Notes under the pieces: generated by a model
Database searches by the model: none
The model's input: the letters and a program-made list of their open reading frames with translations, nothing else
What the model was told of the DNA's origin: nothing
Shown: positions 62,626-64,000 of the stretch, one piece after another
How the letters are laid out: every line of letters begins with the position of its first letter
Numbering within the stretch: the stretch's first letter is position 1
Position numbers and translations under genes: made by a program
Assembly (NCBI GenBank): GCA_022787165.1
Contig: JALFVL010000004.1
Span: forward strand, 192,425 to 256,424
Reading direction: 5' to 3'
Length of the DNA stretch: 64,000 nucleotides
DNA from: Clostridiales bacterium
Lineage (GTDB): Bacteria; Bacillota; Clostridia; Christensenellales; Aristaeellaceae

Positions 62626-64000
62626 TCATGGCTCTGGCTCCATTTTTCCCGCCGGTCTGTTCATACAGGCTCTGCCAATGCGGCGGGCATACAGCCTGCA
62701 CAGCCTCGCGCTCACACCGCATCGCGATGCCACAGCGCGCGCCTCAACTTGTCTGCCCTTGGCGTGAAGATAAAGCAGCTCCAGCGCGGCGACGCAGGCT
62801 CTGTGCTCCCGCCGGGTTCGCGGCATGGGCCGCCTGCCCAGATAGGCGAGCCACATGGGCAGCAGCACGGCAGGCGCGTCCGGGTAATCCGCCGAGAGGG
62901 CATCCGCCGCCTCCTGAACGATCTCCTGCCCCTTTCTGGCGGGTGCGCCCGCCGACGCCCCGCCCGCTGCCAGGCGCACGAGCTGCCCTCCCATATCGAC
63001 GTCGCAGTGGGCGAATCGCTCGTCAGGCACAACCTCCGTCAAAATGGCATACTTGAGACCGTCCGGCACCTGCGGATCGGTCAACGCGTCGCGCAGCACC
63101 TCGCGGGAAGATTCCGTCTGCATCGCGCTCATCACGAGCAGAGCGACGATAGCGGTCTGTTCCCCGGCCAGCGCGGAGCGGAAGGCCCAGGCGCTCATGC
63201 GGCAGAGCTCCGCCGCATGCTCCCCATCCATCGTCTGCTCCGCATCCTCGTACAGCGCTGCGATCAGCTGCACGGCGCGGGAGGCCGCCTCCTGGCGCGT
63301 GACATCGTTCCCCAGCGCAAGACGCTCCCCGGGCTCTCTTCCCTCTCGCGTCATGCGGTAAAACGCCTGCGGCACGGTATCCTCAGGAGTCAGGACGCAG
63401 AGCCTGCCAAACAGGCGGCTCGCCTCCTCCAGCCTGCCCAGGTTGGTCAGCGCACAGGCGCGCAACATCATGCCCCGTGTACAGAAGGGATCGAGCTTGA
63501 GCAGCCGCTCGGTCAGCCGCAGGGTCAGCGCATCCTCACCGCATTTGGCGCTCTCCATCGCGACACCAAGGAGGTCATCCGGATCATCCGTGCGCATGGC
63601 GGCAACCGTCAGCGCGCGCCGGGCGCCCCTGGCATCCCCCGTCAGCGAACAGGCATCCGCCAGCGCGCAGAGCGTCTGAATCCTCGCCGGCGCCATCGCA
63701 TGCGCCGTCTTTGCGCAGCGCACAGCCTCCTCGCCCTGTCCCCGCAGCAGACAGCAGCAGGCCAGCAGCGTGTAGCCCTGCGCAGAGGCATGCAGCGACA
63801 CCGCATGGCGCAGCGTCCGGGCGGCCGCAGCCGTCTTTCCCTCCTGAAGCCGCTCCACGGCGCGGCGCTCCAGCTCTCGCGCGCGGCCCCGGGAAGAAAC
63901 AGGCTTGGGCCGCTCCAGCTCGGCACGGATCTGCTGGCCAAGCAGCCCCGCCGCCTCCTGCGAAACATCGCCGCCGCCCGTTTTGAGAAAGCGCTCAAAG
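62626..64000 (-). CDS. TPR-like helical repeat protein (5' end probably beyond the right window edge)
   Basis: The track ORF starts at GTG 63858, but the frame stays open upstream to position 64000 (..FERFLKTGGGDVSQEAAGLLGQQIRAELERPKPVSS..). TPR-like AQGYTLLACCCLLRGQGEEAV and ACALTNLGRLEEAS. Confidence 0.6.
   Translation of the reverse strand, partial: FERFLKTGGGDVSQEAAGLLGQQIRAELERPKPVSSRGRARELERRAVERLQEGKTAAAARTLRHAVSLHASAQGYTLLACCCLLRGQGEEAVRCAKTAHAMAPARIQTLCALADACSLTGDARGARRALTVAAMRTDDPDDLLGVAMESAKCGEDALTLRLTERLLKLDPFCTRGMMLRACALTNLGRLEEASRLFGRLCVLTPEDTVPQAFYRMTREGREPGERLALGNDVTRQEAASRAVQLIAALYEDAEQTMDGEHAAELCRMSAWAFRSALAGEQTAIVALLVMSAMQTESSREVLRDALTDPQVPDGLKYAILTEVVPDERFAHCDVDMGGQLVRLAAGGASAGAPARKGQEIVQEAADALSADYPDAPAVLLPMWLAYLGRRPMPRTRREHRACVAALELLYLHAKGRQVEARAVASRCGVSARLCRLYARRIGRACMNRPAGKMEPEP

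Noticed and set aside
1-64000. Mobile elements, prophage, CRISPR-Cas, restriction-modification, toxin-antitoxin or other defence islands
   Set aside because: No integrase, transposase, recombinase, Cas, methyltransferase/endonuclease pair or small TA-like gene pair was recognisable. The GNAT-NUDIX pair lacks an antitoxin-type partner. Composition looks uniform, apart from AT-richer promoter regions.

Overview
GC-rich, densely coding chromosomal DNA that reads like the core genome of an anaerobic endospore-forming Firmicute (Clostridia-like; yqfC, yqfD, spoVB and pro-sigma-K are present). I call about 60 protein genes (two run off the window edges), one tRNA-Gly(GCC), a yybP-ykoY Mn riboswitch in front of mntP, a Met T-box leader in front of metG, and a set of sigma-A-type promoters and intrinsic terminators. 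Between ~4.9 kb and ~42.9 kb essentially every gene is on the minus strand. Recognisable blocks are: a tandem-ATPase activase/dehydratase-like pair; the conserved yqfC-yqfD-phoH-pgpH-ybeY-cdd-era block; purC-purB; ybaB-recR; a molybdenum hydroxylase cluster (FAD, 2Fe-2S, Mo subunits plus MocA); an ECF sigma/anti-sigma pair; comEB; spoVB; sigK; one long co-directional array (SAM-hydrolase DUF62, ECF transporter S/AA'/T, FecBCD-type ABC importer, P-loop NTPase); an aminotransferase; prs; murG; a BMP-family nucleoside-type ABC importer; mntP; tatD; metG. I saw no transposase, integrase, phage gene, CRISPR array or recognisable defence gene, and I see no convincing evidence for a wholly new multi-gene system. 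The most unusual items are (i) an XRE-HTH regulator fused to a complete desulfoferrodoxin-like two-centre module with one ligand His replaced by Asp, (ii) a self-contained two-gene radical-dehydratase-like module with no pathway partners, (iii) a DUF62 SAM hydrolase leading an ECF transporter operon, and (iv) several unexplained RNA-structure elements (sigK SD hairpin, nested palindromes at 22.9-23.1 kb, purC leader, orphan terminator before the BMP operon). Many long ORFs in the supplied track are antisense shadows typical of high-GC DNA and were rejected. All family assignments come from motif recognition by eye, not from searches.
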